Assembly: GCA_964596605.1 (NCBI GenBank)
Contig: CAZQUJ010000001.1
Coordinates: 1-51,100 of the forward strand
DNA from: an uncultured Candidatus Saccharibacteria bacterium
GTDB taxonomy: Bacteria > Patescibacteriota > Minisyncoccia > Phycocordibacterales > UBA9973
DNA length: 51,100 nt
Direction of reading: 5' to 3'
Shown: one piece after another, positions 43,356-51,100 of the stretch
Layout of the letters: each line of letters begins with the position of its first letter
Position numbering within the stretch: position 1 is the stretch's first letter
Translations under genes and position numbers: made by a program
The notes under the pieces: model-generated
What the model was told of the DNA's origin: nothing
What the model saw: only the letters and a program-made list of their open reading frames with translations
Databases searched by the model: none

Positions 43356-44639
43356 ATGAAAAGATTTTTTAAAAAAATATTAACTTGGATAATTACTTGG
43401 CAATCTAAAATTGTTATCTTTAAGTATAAACCTAAAATCATAGCTATTACTGGTTCGGTTGGAAAGACTTCTACCAAGCGAGCAATTTTTTCAATTATTT
43501 CAAGCAAAAAGACAGTTAGAATGAGCGAGAAAAGTTTCTATAATGAAATAGGCTTACCTTTAACTATTTTAGGTTGCTACGATGGTGGGGAAGATTTGTT
43601 TATGTGGATTGGAACGATTATTCATGGTCTTAGTTTAATTATTTTTAAACATAAGTATCCTGAGTTTTTGATTTTGGAAGTAGGGTTGAGGAATCCGGGA
43701 GACATTAAAAACAAAGTTGCTAATTGGCTAAAACCAGATGTGGTGATAATAACTAGAATGCCTAATTGTCCATCTCATATTGAATTTTTTGATAGTTTAG
43801 AAAAATTAGAAGAGGAAAAAATTTCTTTAGTTAAAGCTCTTAGAAAAGATGGACTACTCATTTTAAATCATGATGATCCTAAGGTATATTCATTACATGA
43901 AATGTCCAGTTCAAGAGCTGTTTCTTTTGGAATAGATCAAAACTCCACATATCAAATTCTTTACCTTATAGAAAACTACCAAAAGAAAGAGGATTCAGGG
44001 ATTAATTTTAAAATTAAATATGGAGGAAATACTTTTCCTGTTAGTTTGCCAAACATCTTAGGTCTGCATAATGCTTTAATTGTCACTTCTGCTCTGGCTT
44101 GTACGAAAGAATTAGGGTTTGATCTTTTGGAGAGCATAGAGACTATTAATAGTTTTAAAACTCCGCCAGGAAGATTATCTCAATTAAAAGGTATAAATAA
44201 TTCAATTATTATAGATGATAGCTATAACTCTTCTCCTTTGGCTCAAGAAGTTGCTATAAATGTTTTAAAAGAGATGAGTGGGAGGCGTAAGATTGCTGTT
44301 TTGGGAGATATGTTAGAGCTTGGAAAATATACTGAAAAAGAACATCAAAATGTTGGATTAAAAATTTCTCAGGTGGCTGATAAATTAGTTATTGTAGGTC
44401 AGAGAGCTAAATTAATAGCTGATGGAGCTATTGATAATAATTTTTCTAAGAAAGACATTATCTACTTCAATGAATCTGATGAGGTTGGTGATTATTTAGT
44501 TAAAGAAATAAAAGAAGGGGATGTTGTTTTGGTTAAGGGATCACAAAAAATGAGAATGGAAAAAATAGTTGAAAAAATAATGTTGGAAAAAGAAAATAAA
44601 GGGGAGTTGCTTTGTCGCCAAAGTAAGGAGTGGAAATAA
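43356..44639 (+). CDS. murF: UDP-N-acetylmuramoyl-tripeptide--D-alanyl-D-alanine ligase MurF
   Basis: ITGSVGKTSTK P-loop, NHDDP, DDSYNSSP, and GDMLELG with a following EH motif. The Mur ligase three-domain length fits. Confidence 0.85.
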   Translation: MKRFFKKILTWIITWQSKIVIFKYKPKIIAITGSVGKTSTKRAIFSIISSKKTVRMSEKSFYNEIGLPLTILGCYDGGEDLFMWIGTIIHGLSLIIFKHKYPEFLILEVGLRNPGDIKNKVANWLKPDVVIITRMPNCPSHIEFFDSLEKLEEEKISLVKALRKDGLLILNHDDPKVYSLHEMSSSRAVSFGIDQNSTYQILYLIENYQKKEDSGINFKIKYGGNTFPVSLPNILGLHNALIVTSALACTKELGFDLLESIETINSFKTPPGRLSQLKGINNSIIIDDSYNSSPLAQEVAINVLKEMSGRRKIAVLGDMLELGKYTEKEHQNVGLKISQVADKLVIVGQRAKLIADGAIDNNFSKKDIIYFNESDEVGDYLVKEIKEGDVVLVKGSQKMRMEKIVEKIMLEKENKGELLCRQSKEWK

Positions 44640-44662
44640 AAAAAGGACATCAGTAGATGTCC
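44638..44662 (-). terminator. intrinsic terminator of the minus-strand orphan gene
   Basis: On the minus strand: ggacatc-tact-gatgtcc followed by ttttttt. The TGA stop of the orphan gene straddles the loop and the 3' stem arm. Confidence 0.6.
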
Positions 44663-45018
44663 CGTGGGCTTACTTCCACAATATCAGGAGGAACCATTTG
44701 TGGGTATTTTTTTGCTAGATTTATTGCGGCGTCAATTGTCTTTTTCAGCTCTTCTCCCACTACTACAAAGATACAAAAGTTACTTTCTATATACTCTACA
44801 TATTTGTAGAATTTATTCCAAGGAACAACCTTGTTTCTTCTACGAACCAAGGATGAATCCATGGTATAGGCGAGTAAAGAAACAGAATCTGTTCTTTCGA
44901 GCAGTATCTCAAGACTACCCGAAGTTAGCCGTCGTGCATTTTTCCTGATGCGAGATTCTTCTCGCCACTTTATAATTACCTCCTGGAGATAATTATAAAG
45001 ATTCTTAAGAATATTCAT
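44650..45018 (-). CDS. hypothetical protein (orphan, opposite strand, directly after murF)
   Basis: 122-aa ORF with its own terminator. I recognise no family. I prefer it over the overlapping + strand ORF 44664-44948, whose translation is low-complexity. Confidence 0.45.
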   Translation of the reverse strand: MNILKNLYNYLQEVIIKWREESRIRKNARRLTSGSLEILLERTDSVSLLAYTMDSSLVRRRNKVVPWNKFYKYVEYIESNFCIFVVVGEELKKTIDAAINLAKKYPQMVPPDIVEVSPRDIY

Positions 45019-45126
45019 CGTGTAGGGTTTTGTTTACATTGTATAACGACTTAAAGCATATGTCAAATTTTTAATCCCCCAAAAATATTTCTTTTTCTTT
45101 CTATAAAAAGGTATAATATATGTCAT

Positions 45127-45933
45127 ATGAAAAAAGAAAAACTAATTACTAAAATATTTGTCCCGATTACTTTTTTAGCCATGATAATTGTTAATTTCTT
45201 GGCTAATTTTTTGCCAATTAATAACATGACTACAGGGGGTGTTTCTGAACATTATCCTAATTTATTTACTCCCACTCCTCTAACTTTTTCTATTTGGGGA
45301 TTAATATATTTTTTGGTTATCTTATATGTTGTCTATCAACTAGGTTGGTTTAAAAAAGTTAGAAGAGACAAATCTCTTTTAGCTAAAGTTGGTCTTTATT
45401 TTTCAATTTCTTCTCTTGCTAACATAGCTTGGATTTTCTTTTGGCATTATGACTTAATCGTTTTGAGTTTTATCACCATCCTGGTATTGTTAGCTTCTCT
45501 TGTAATGGTGGTAATTAGTTTAGAAAAAGAAAGATTAGATAGTTGGCAAAAGTTATTAGTCAAACTTCCTTTTGATGTCTATTTAGGTTGGATCTCTATT
45601 GCTACTTTAGCTAATTTGGTTGTTCTTCTAAAGAGTTTTGAATTAATTAAAAATCCAGTTTGTTTTACCATTTCTATGCTTTCCATAAGTGCAATTATTG
45701 GATTGTTTGTTTTGATTAAAAGAAAAAATATAGTTTATGGTCTTGTCTTTATTTGGGCATATTTGGGAATATATATTAAACATACATCTCCGATGTTTTA
45801 TAACGGATCATATGATCGAATAATACTTGTAACTTCTATTTATTTAATTCTTTTTGTTGTTATGGAATTGGTAGTTTTCTTTCATTTTAAAGAAAAACCA
45901 AAAAATTTGTTTGAAAGAATTTTTAAGAGATGA
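45127..45933 (+). CDS. TspO/MBR-related tryptophan-rich membrane protein (long form)
   Basis: Polytopic, 268 aa. NFLANFLPINNMTTGGVSEHYPNLFTPTPLTFSIWGLIYFLV and YLGWISIATLAN resemble the long Firmicutes-type TspO-related family. Confidence 0.45.
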   Translation: MKKEKLITKIFVPITFLAMIIVNFLANFLPINNMTTGGVSEHYPNLFTPTPLTFSIWGLIYFLVILYVVYQLGWFKKVRRDKSLLAKVGLYFSISSLANIAWIFFWHYDLIVLSFITILVLLASLVMVVISLEKERLDSWQKLLVKLPFDVYLGWISIATLANLVVLLKSFELIKNPVCFTISMLSISAIIGLFVLIKRKNIVYGLVFIWAYLGIYIKHTSPMFYNGSYDRIILVTSIYLILFVVMELVVFFHFKEKPKNLFERIFKR

Positions 45934-48900
45934 AATATATAAAAAAATTTGAAGAAATAGGCAAGAAAGATGTAGACATTGCTGGAGGCAAGGGAGCTTC
46001 GTTAGGGGAGATGTTGAATTCTGGAATTCCTGTTCCTAATGGTTTTGTTATCCTTTCTTCAACTTTTGATTATTTTATTAAAAAAACAGATTTAATTCAG
46101 GAAATTGATTCTATTTTAGACAATGTTGATCGTAATGTCATACATGAAGTAGAAAAAGCTTCAGAAAAAATTCGAGAATTAATAATTTCCCGAAAAATTC
46201 CAGAGGATATTAAGATTGAGATAGAAAAGAATTTTAAAGAATTAGGATCTTCTTTTGTGGCTGTCAGATCATCAGCTACTGCTGAAGATGGTTCTCAAAA
46301 TGCTTGGGCTGGACAGCTAGAAAGCTATTTAAATACTAATAAAAATGATTTATTAGAAAATGTAAAGAAATGCTGGGCTTCTTTGTTTACTCCTAGAGCC
46401 ATTTTCTATCGTTTTGAAAAAGGGTTAGACAAAACAAAAATTTCTGTGGCTGTTGTAATTCAACAAATGGTTCAATCGGAAATTTCGGGAATTGCTTTTT
46501 CTGTTCATCCTGTGACTGAAGACAAAAACCAGGTGATAATAGAGGCAGGTTTTGGGTTGGGGGAGGCTATTGTGTCTGGATCGGTTACTCCAGATTCATA
46601 TGTTTTGGAAAAAGAACCAAGGGGGATTCTGGATATAAATATTAATGAGCAAAATAGAGCTTTGTATAGAGGAAAAGATGGGGGAGTAGAATGGAAAAAA
46701 TTAACTGAGGAAGGGTCAAAGAAACAAGTTTTGTCTAATTCTCAAATTTTAGAATTGGCAGAGTTGGTGATAAAAATAGAGAATCATTACGGTTTTCCTT
46801 GTGATATAGAATGGGCTTATGAAGATAATAAGTTTTATATAGTTCAATCAAGACCAATTACGACACTAAAAAGAGAGGTTAATGATGTGGGTACAGAAAC
46901 TATTAATTTAGTAAAAGAACACAGTAGAGAATATTCGATTGCACAAATAAATTCATATTGTGAAATAATAAATAAAATTAAAAAGGAAACAGGGTGTCAA
47001 ATAGAAAATGAATTATTTCTCTATAATCCAAAAATTAAATTAGTTTCAATTTACCATCAACCCCAAGAACTAAAAAATCTTTTTAAGGCTGTTGGGACTT
47101 TAGCAATGGATAAATTAGTTTTAAAAAAGATCATATCAGATTTTGAGCAATCTCTATCTGATATAAAACCATATCTGGAGAATAAAAAAGTTGTAAGAAA
47201 TATTGAAGAGTTTAATTTGCTATATGATTTATTTTTTAGATTTTATTTAGGGATAGCCTATGTTTGGGTGTTACCACTTCTTGAATACTTACCAGAAAAA
47301 GTAAAGGAAGTATCTTTAAAACTAAGAGAAAAGACTGAAAAATATTCTTCTAGAAGAGATCAAGTTTTAATAAATAATTTAAAAATTATTTATCCCGAGG
47401 TGGAGGATTTGGTAAAATATTTGTCTATAGATGAAATTAGAAGGGGGAAGATAACCGAAGAATTAATTTCTAAGTTAAAAGAAAGAGCAGATGGTTTTAT
47501 ATATTATCGAGATAATATCTATCAAGGTAAATTATATGAAGAATTTTTTGAAAATAATAAAATAAAATTAGATGATCAAGTATTAGATAAAGATATTAAT
47601 AAAATAACAGGTTCTGTTGGCTTTAGAGGGGTGGCAAAAGGGTTTGTTAGATTGATTTTTACCGAAAAAGATTTAAATAATTTTAAAGAGGGAGAAATTC
47701 TTGTTTCTCCTATGACTAGACCAGAATTTCTTTCTGTTATGCAGAAAGCTTTAGCTTTTGTCACTGACGAGGGTGGAATAACTTGTCATGCCGCAATAAT
47801 AGCAAGAGAAATGAAAAAACCTTGTATCATAAGTACAAAAATTGCTACTCAAGTTTTAAAAGATGGAGATTTGGTTGAAGTAGATGCAGACAATGGGGTA
47901 GTGAGGATATTGGAAAGGAGTGAAAAGTTAGTTGGAGAAAACGATAAGGCCAATAAAAAATTTGAATTAGATCCAGATATTTGGTCTGATTCTTTTAATT
48001 GGAAATATGGGGCATATCCGTTTTTTACCTCGGTATATACAAAACTTAACACAGAAGAAAAAAATAAATATGAAACAGATTGGAAATATTTTTTAAACTA
48101 TTTTAAGGATGGTCAACTTAATGCTTATCTACCAAAGAAAGAAGTGATTGATAATGGTCGTTTGATTATCAGTGAGCTTTTAAATGGCAATGAAAATTTT
48201 TTAAATGTATTTAATGATTATCACGATAAAATTAATCAATCCTTGTGTATTTGTCAAAAATACTTGAAAAGTAATTCCAATAAATTTGAAGAGATCTGGT
48301 TTCTAGTTCAAGACTCACTTTCAAATGCTGCTAAAATTTTGTTTAATTTTGATTACGGTCTAGACGATTATTTTAAAGAATTACAAAAGGATGATATTAA
48401 ACTTTTTGAAATTATTAATTCCAACATAGCAGAAGAAAAGGAATCATTTATTAGTGAAGCATCAAAAGAGCTAATAAAACTTGCAAAAGAAAATCCAAAT
48501 GATTTTGATATGGTTTATGAGACTTTCTTAATGAAATATGGATGGTTTCAAAATTCATATAAGGGGGTTTTTAATATAACGAAAGATTGGTTGCTTGATT
48601 TTTATAATAAAACAAAAGATCTTAATCCCGTACAAAAAACAAAAATAAAAATTAAAATTGATAGCAAGTATAAATTATTTATAAAAGTTATTAATAAAGC
48701 CATTTCTTTTAGAGACGACAAAAAGAAATTATTACTTTTCTCTGTAGGGATTATGAACAAATGGCTAGAAGAGTTTTCTGATAAGTACAAGCTAAACAAA
48801 AAAGATTTATTGTGGCTTTCGGTTGACGAAATTTTGGAACTCTCTAGCAGCGTTAATCTTCTTGAAGAGAAAGTAAATACCTATAAAAGTTCTAATAGTA

Positions 48901-49322
48901 GAATTGGGTTAATGAATAAAAATGGATATAAAGACATTGATGAAATCCTATGGGGTGAAGTAATTAAATTAAATAGTATTAGTGATAATACTAAAGAGAT
49001 AAAAGGTATAACTGGAAATAGGGGTAACATTAATGGAAAGGTTAGAATTATTTTAAAGGCAGAAGAAAGTAAAAATTTTGTAGATGGAGAAATTTTAGTA
49101 ACATCTATGACTAGACCTGAATTTTTACCCCTTATGGGTAGAGCCTCCGCCTTTATTACAGATGAAGGAGGAATAACTTGTCATGCCGCAATAGTTGCCA
49201 GAGAAATGGGTAAACCTTGTATAATTAGTACAAAATTTGCTACTCAAGTTTTAAAAGATGGAGACTTTGTTGAAGTTGATGCAGATAATGGAGTGGTCAA
49301 AATATTAGAAAGAAAAAAATAA
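45930..49322 (+). CDS. PEP-utilizing-enzyme family phosphotransferase: PPDK_N ATP-grasp domain plus two (helical region + phosphohistidine swivel domain) modules
   Basis: The N-terminus has GGKGASLGEM, VAVRSSATAEDG and DIEWAYEDNKFYIVQSRPIT. Swivel domains lie at about 47610-47917 and 49013-49319; both carry MTRPEF...TDEGGITCHAAI(I/V)AREM. No PEP/pyruvate TIM-barrel domain is present. Confidence 0.8.
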   Translation: MKYIKKFEEIGKKDVDIAGGKGASLGEMLNSGIPVPNGFVILSSTFDYFIKKTDLIQEIDSILDNVDRNVIHEVEKASEKIRELIISRKIPEDIKIEIEKNFKELGSSFVAVRSSATAEDGSQNAWAGQLESYLNTNKNDLLENVKKCWASLFTPRAIFYRFEKGLDKTKISVAVVIQQMVQSEISGIAFSVHPVTEDKNQVIIEAGFGLGEAIVSGSVTPDSYVLEKEPRGILDININEQNRALYRGKDGGVEWKKLTEEGSKKQVLSNSQILELAELVIKIENHYGFPCDIEWAYEDNKFYIVQSRPITTLKREVNDVGTETINLVKEHSREYSIAQINSYCEIINKIKKETGCQIENELFLYNPKIKLVSIYHQPQELKNLFKAVGTLAMDKLVLKKIISDFEQSLSDIKPYLENKKVVRNIEEFNLLYDLFFRFYLGIAYVWVLPLLEYLPEKVKEVSLKLREKTEKYSSRRDQVLINNLKIIYPEVEDLVKYLSIDEIRRGKITEELISKLKERADGFIYYRDNIYQGKLYEEFFENNKIKLDDQVLDKDINKITGSVGFRGVAKGFVRLIFTEKDLNNFKEGEILVSPMTRPEFLSVMQKALAFVTDEGGITCHAAIIAREMKKPCIISTKIATQVLKDGDLVEVDADNGVVRILERSEKLVGENDKANKKFELDPDIWSDSFNWKYGAYPFFTSVYTKLNTEEKNKYETDWKYFLNYFKDGQLNAYLPKKEVIDNGRLIISELLNGNENFLNVFNDYHDKINQSLCICQKYLKSNSNKFEEIWFLVQDSLSNAAKILFNFDYGLDDYFKELQKDDIKLFEIINSNIAEEKESFISEASKELIKLAKENPNDFDMVYETFLMKYGWFQNSYKGVFNITKDWLLDFYNKTKDLNPVQKTKIKIKIDSKYKLFIKVINKAISFRDDKKKLLLFSVGIMNKWLEEFSDKYKLNKKDLLWLSVDEILELSSSVNLLEEKVNTYKSSNSRIGLMNKNGYKDIDEILWGEVIKLNSISDNTKEIKGITGNRGNINGKVRIILKAEESKNFVDGEILVTSMTRPEFLPLMGRASAFITDEGGITCHAAIVAREMGKPCIISTKFATQVLKDGDFVEVDADNGVVKILERKK

Positions 49323-49335
49323 TTAAATTAATTTT

Positions 49336-50190
49336 ATGAAAGAATCAATAGGTTTAAGCAAAGAGTCAAAAGAAAAAATTAGTTCAGAGATAGTCTTACA
49401 TTTTTTTAGGCATTCCATTAAAGAAAAGACAAATAATCCTGATGATCTTATTCCTATTAGCCAAGAAGGAAGAAAATTAGCCAAAGAAAAATCTTTTAAA
49501 AATGTTAATTTAGACCAGTCTGTTGCTTTTGGTTCTCCTAAGATAAGAACACAGGAAACAGCTATGCTTATGATGGCTGGTGAATTAGATGATATTACGG
49601 GAGATGAAACACTAGAAGAATTAAAAGAAAAAATAAATGGAGGAGTTTCTTTTGGTTCTAAGATTGGAATAGATAAAAGATTAGATTATGAAGATGACTT
49701 TGAAAGTCCATTGGGTAAAAAAGCTTATGTAGCTTATAACAATAATAAATATCTATCTTTTTTAGCTAACGAAAGTGATATGATTTCAAAAAAAACAAAT
49801 GATAAAACCAAGTCTAATTATTCAGCTAAATCTTCCCAGTTAGCAAAAGTAATACATAAGTATATAAAAATTATTCCAAGGTGGAATAAGTTAGTTAGCG
49901 AAAAATCAGGTAAATATGATAGTAAGTTAGAAAGGTTTTTCTGTACGCATACTAGTATTCCAGAATCTTTTCTATTGAAAGTTTTTGAATTACTTGGAGA
50001 CAATAAATCAAAAGAAGAATATCTTGAAAAATATACTAATGATATAAACTATCTAGAGGGTTTTGAGGTGGATATAAAAAAATATCCAAATAAGAAGGAA
50101 CCAGATATAGTCATTACTTATGATCTTGGAGAAAAAAAGAATAGTATAAATGTTCCATTAGGACTAATAGAAAAAATGATTGAGGAATGA
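49336..50190 (+). CDS. histidine phosphatase superfamily protein (PGAM/SixA-like branch 1)
   Basis: IVLHFFRHSIKE (RH catalytic motif), ISQEGRKLAKE, FGSPKIRTQETA (compare SPxxRAxQTA), and a later FCTHTS (second His). Diverged. Confidence 0.5.
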   Translation: MKESIGLSKESKEKISSEIVLHFFRHSIKEKTNNPDDLIPISQEGRKLAKEKSFKNVNLDQSVAFGSPKIRTQETAMLMMAGELDDITGDETLEELKEKINGGVSFGSKIGIDKRLDYEDDFESPLGKKAYVAYNNNKYLSFLANESDMISKKTNDKTKSNYSAKSSQLAKVIHKYIKIIPRWNKLVSEKSGKYDSKLERFFCTHTSIPESFLLKVFELLGDNKSKEEYLEKYTNDINYLEGFEVDIKKYPNKKEPDIVITYDLGEKKNSINVPLGLIEKMIEE

Positions 50191-50978
50191 AAAGAAGAGT
50201 TGATTTAGAATTAGTAAAAAGAGAAATATTTAAAACAAGAAACAAAGCCAGTGAAGCAGTCTCTTCAGGGATTGTATTTTGTAATGATAAAAAGGTGGAA
50301 AAGGCAAGTTTCTTGGTTTGTGAAGATGATAATCTTGAGGTGAGGGGATACGTAATGCCATATGTATCAAAGGGTGGATTAAAATTAGAAAAAGCAGTTT
50401 CGGGATTTAATATTTCTTTGAAAGATAAAACTATGATAGACATAGGTTCATCTACTGGTGGTTTTACTGATTTTGCACTTAAAAATGGTATTAAAAAAGT
50501 AATAGCTGTAGATGTGGGGAAAGATCAAATGCATGAATCTTTAAAAAAAGATTCAAGAGTTTTATTGTATGAAAAAACTGATTTTAGAGATTTAGACATT
50601 AATTTAATAAATGACATAAATATAGCGACAATAGATGTTTCTTTTATATCTTTGTCTAAGTTAATTGATCGGCTATTTCAAATGTCTTCCTTAGAAGAAA
50701 TTGTTTGTTTAATCAAACCTCAATTTGAATGTGGAAAGGAAGTGGCGGATAAATACAAAGGGGTAATACTCAATAAAGAAATACATAAAAATGTAATTAA
50801 AGATATTTTTGGTTCATTTGCTGATTGCAACTTCTTTGCTTGTGGTTTGACATACTCTCCAATAACTGGAGGAGATGGAAATATAGAGTATTTAGCTTAT
50901 TTTAAAAAACAGAAATCAAATTCAGTTATTGATATTGAAAAAGTAGTGAGTGAAGTTTTTAATGTTTTTAAAATTTAA
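50187..50978 (+). CDS. tlyA: TlyA-family rRNA (cytidine-2'-O)-methyltransferase
   Basis: An S4-like N-terminus (RVDLELVKREIFKTRNKASEAVSSGIVFCNDKKV), YVSKGGLKLEKA, and the SAM motif IDIGSSTGGFTDFALKNG. The start overlaps the previous stop (ATGA). Confidence 0.88.
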   Translation: MKRRVDLELVKREIFKTRNKASEAVSSGIVFCNDKKVEKASFLVCEDDNLEVRGYVMPYVSKGGLKLEKAVSGFNISLKDKTMIDIGSSTGGFTDFALKNGIKKVIAVDVGKDQMHESLKKDSRVLLYEKTDFRDLDINLINDINIATIDVSFISLSKLIDRLFQMSSLEEIVCLIKPQFECGKEVADKYKGVILNKEIHKNVIKDIFGSFADCNFFACGLTYSPITGGDGNIEYLAYFKKQKSNSVIDIEKVVSEVFNVFKI

Positions 50979-51048
50979 TTTATAGGGGAGTGGGGTTGTA
51001 TTTACAAGACTTTTTTGCTATTTTATAGGAGTAATTGGAGTATGGTTT

Positions 51049-51100
51049 GGCCCTATCGTCTAACGGTTAGGACATCGCCTTCTCAAGGCGGTAATCAGAG
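51049..51100 (+). tRNA. tRNA-Glu (anticodon CTC), 3' end cut by the window edge
   Basis: ggccctatcgtctaacggttaggacatcgccttctcaaggcggtaatc... has a Glu-type D-arm and the anticodon loop ttctcaa. The T-arm and acceptor 3' strand are not in the window. Confidence 0.7.

Noticed and set aside
44664-44948. 94-aa plus-strand ORF overlapping the minus-strand orphan gene
   Set aside because: Its translation is Leu/Phe/Arg-rich with no start context. The minus-strand frame is longer, has a balanced composition, and ends in its own hairpin plus T-run terminator.
50114-50443. 109-aa minus-strand ORF across the phosphatase/tlyA junction
   Set aside because: It is antisense to two co-oriented genes whose reading frames have recognisable motifs.
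1-51100. Alternative genetic code (UGA recoded, as in some candidate-phylum lineages)
   Set aside because: TGA works as a stop at sensible gene ends (45931-45933, 50188-50190, and the complement of 44650-44652). All housekeeping proteins are full-length under the standard code.

Overview
This is a 51.1-kb, AT-rich, gene-dense bacterial fragment. It uses the standard genetic code, with TGA acting as a stop at 45931-45933 and 50188-50190. Most genes are on the + strand; one minus-strand block spans 28.5-33.2 kb. The content is a minimal housekeeping set with membrane-anchored solute-binding proteins, unusual fusions and insertions, and an archaeal-type enzyme. I infer a small-genome Patescibacteria/CPR-type bacterium, but that is inference only. 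All family calls come from motifs read in the translated ORFs; no searches were run.

Gene order:
- Three tandem LivJ-like binding proteins followed by livHMGF-like genes.
- Small membrane proteins, a hydrolase, ychF, a Nudix-TsaC fusion, a DUF1003 protein with a 21-bp coding repeat, and leuS.
- An O-antigen-ligase/TPR protein, murJ, lepA, and an FtsB-like protein.
- tRNA-Gly, a glutaredoxin-like protein, and tRNA-Arg.
- A 6.6-kb cassette (details below), a GNAT gene, and tRNA-Phe.
- On the minus strand: hsp20, prsW, valS and tsaD.
- cmk, PBP2, greA and lysS.
- A Panacea-domain two-gene module.
- mraZ-rsmH-ftsL-ftsI-murF.
- An orphan minus-strand gene and a TspO-like protein.
- A 1130-aa PEP-utilizing-family enzyme with two phosphohistidine swivel domains, a histidine-phosphatase-family gene, tlyA, and a partial tRNA-Glu.

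Top candidates:
1. The cassette at 21.0-27.6 kb sits next to tRNA-Arg and is bounded by ~62-nt GC-rich imperfect inverted repeats, with no recombinase gene. It encodes an XRE regulator, myo-inositol-1-phosphate synthase, an archaeal-type SAM synthetase, a truncated and diverged AlaRS-core paralogue, an S51 peptidase, a GT4 glycosyltransferase and a PIG-L/LmbE deacetylase. The logic resembles mycothiol or aminoglycoside pseudodisaccharide synthesis, but with an AlaRS-derived candidate ligase.
2. The double-swivel phosphotransferase and its adjacent phosphatase.
3. The Panacea antitoxin with a possible MazF-like partner.
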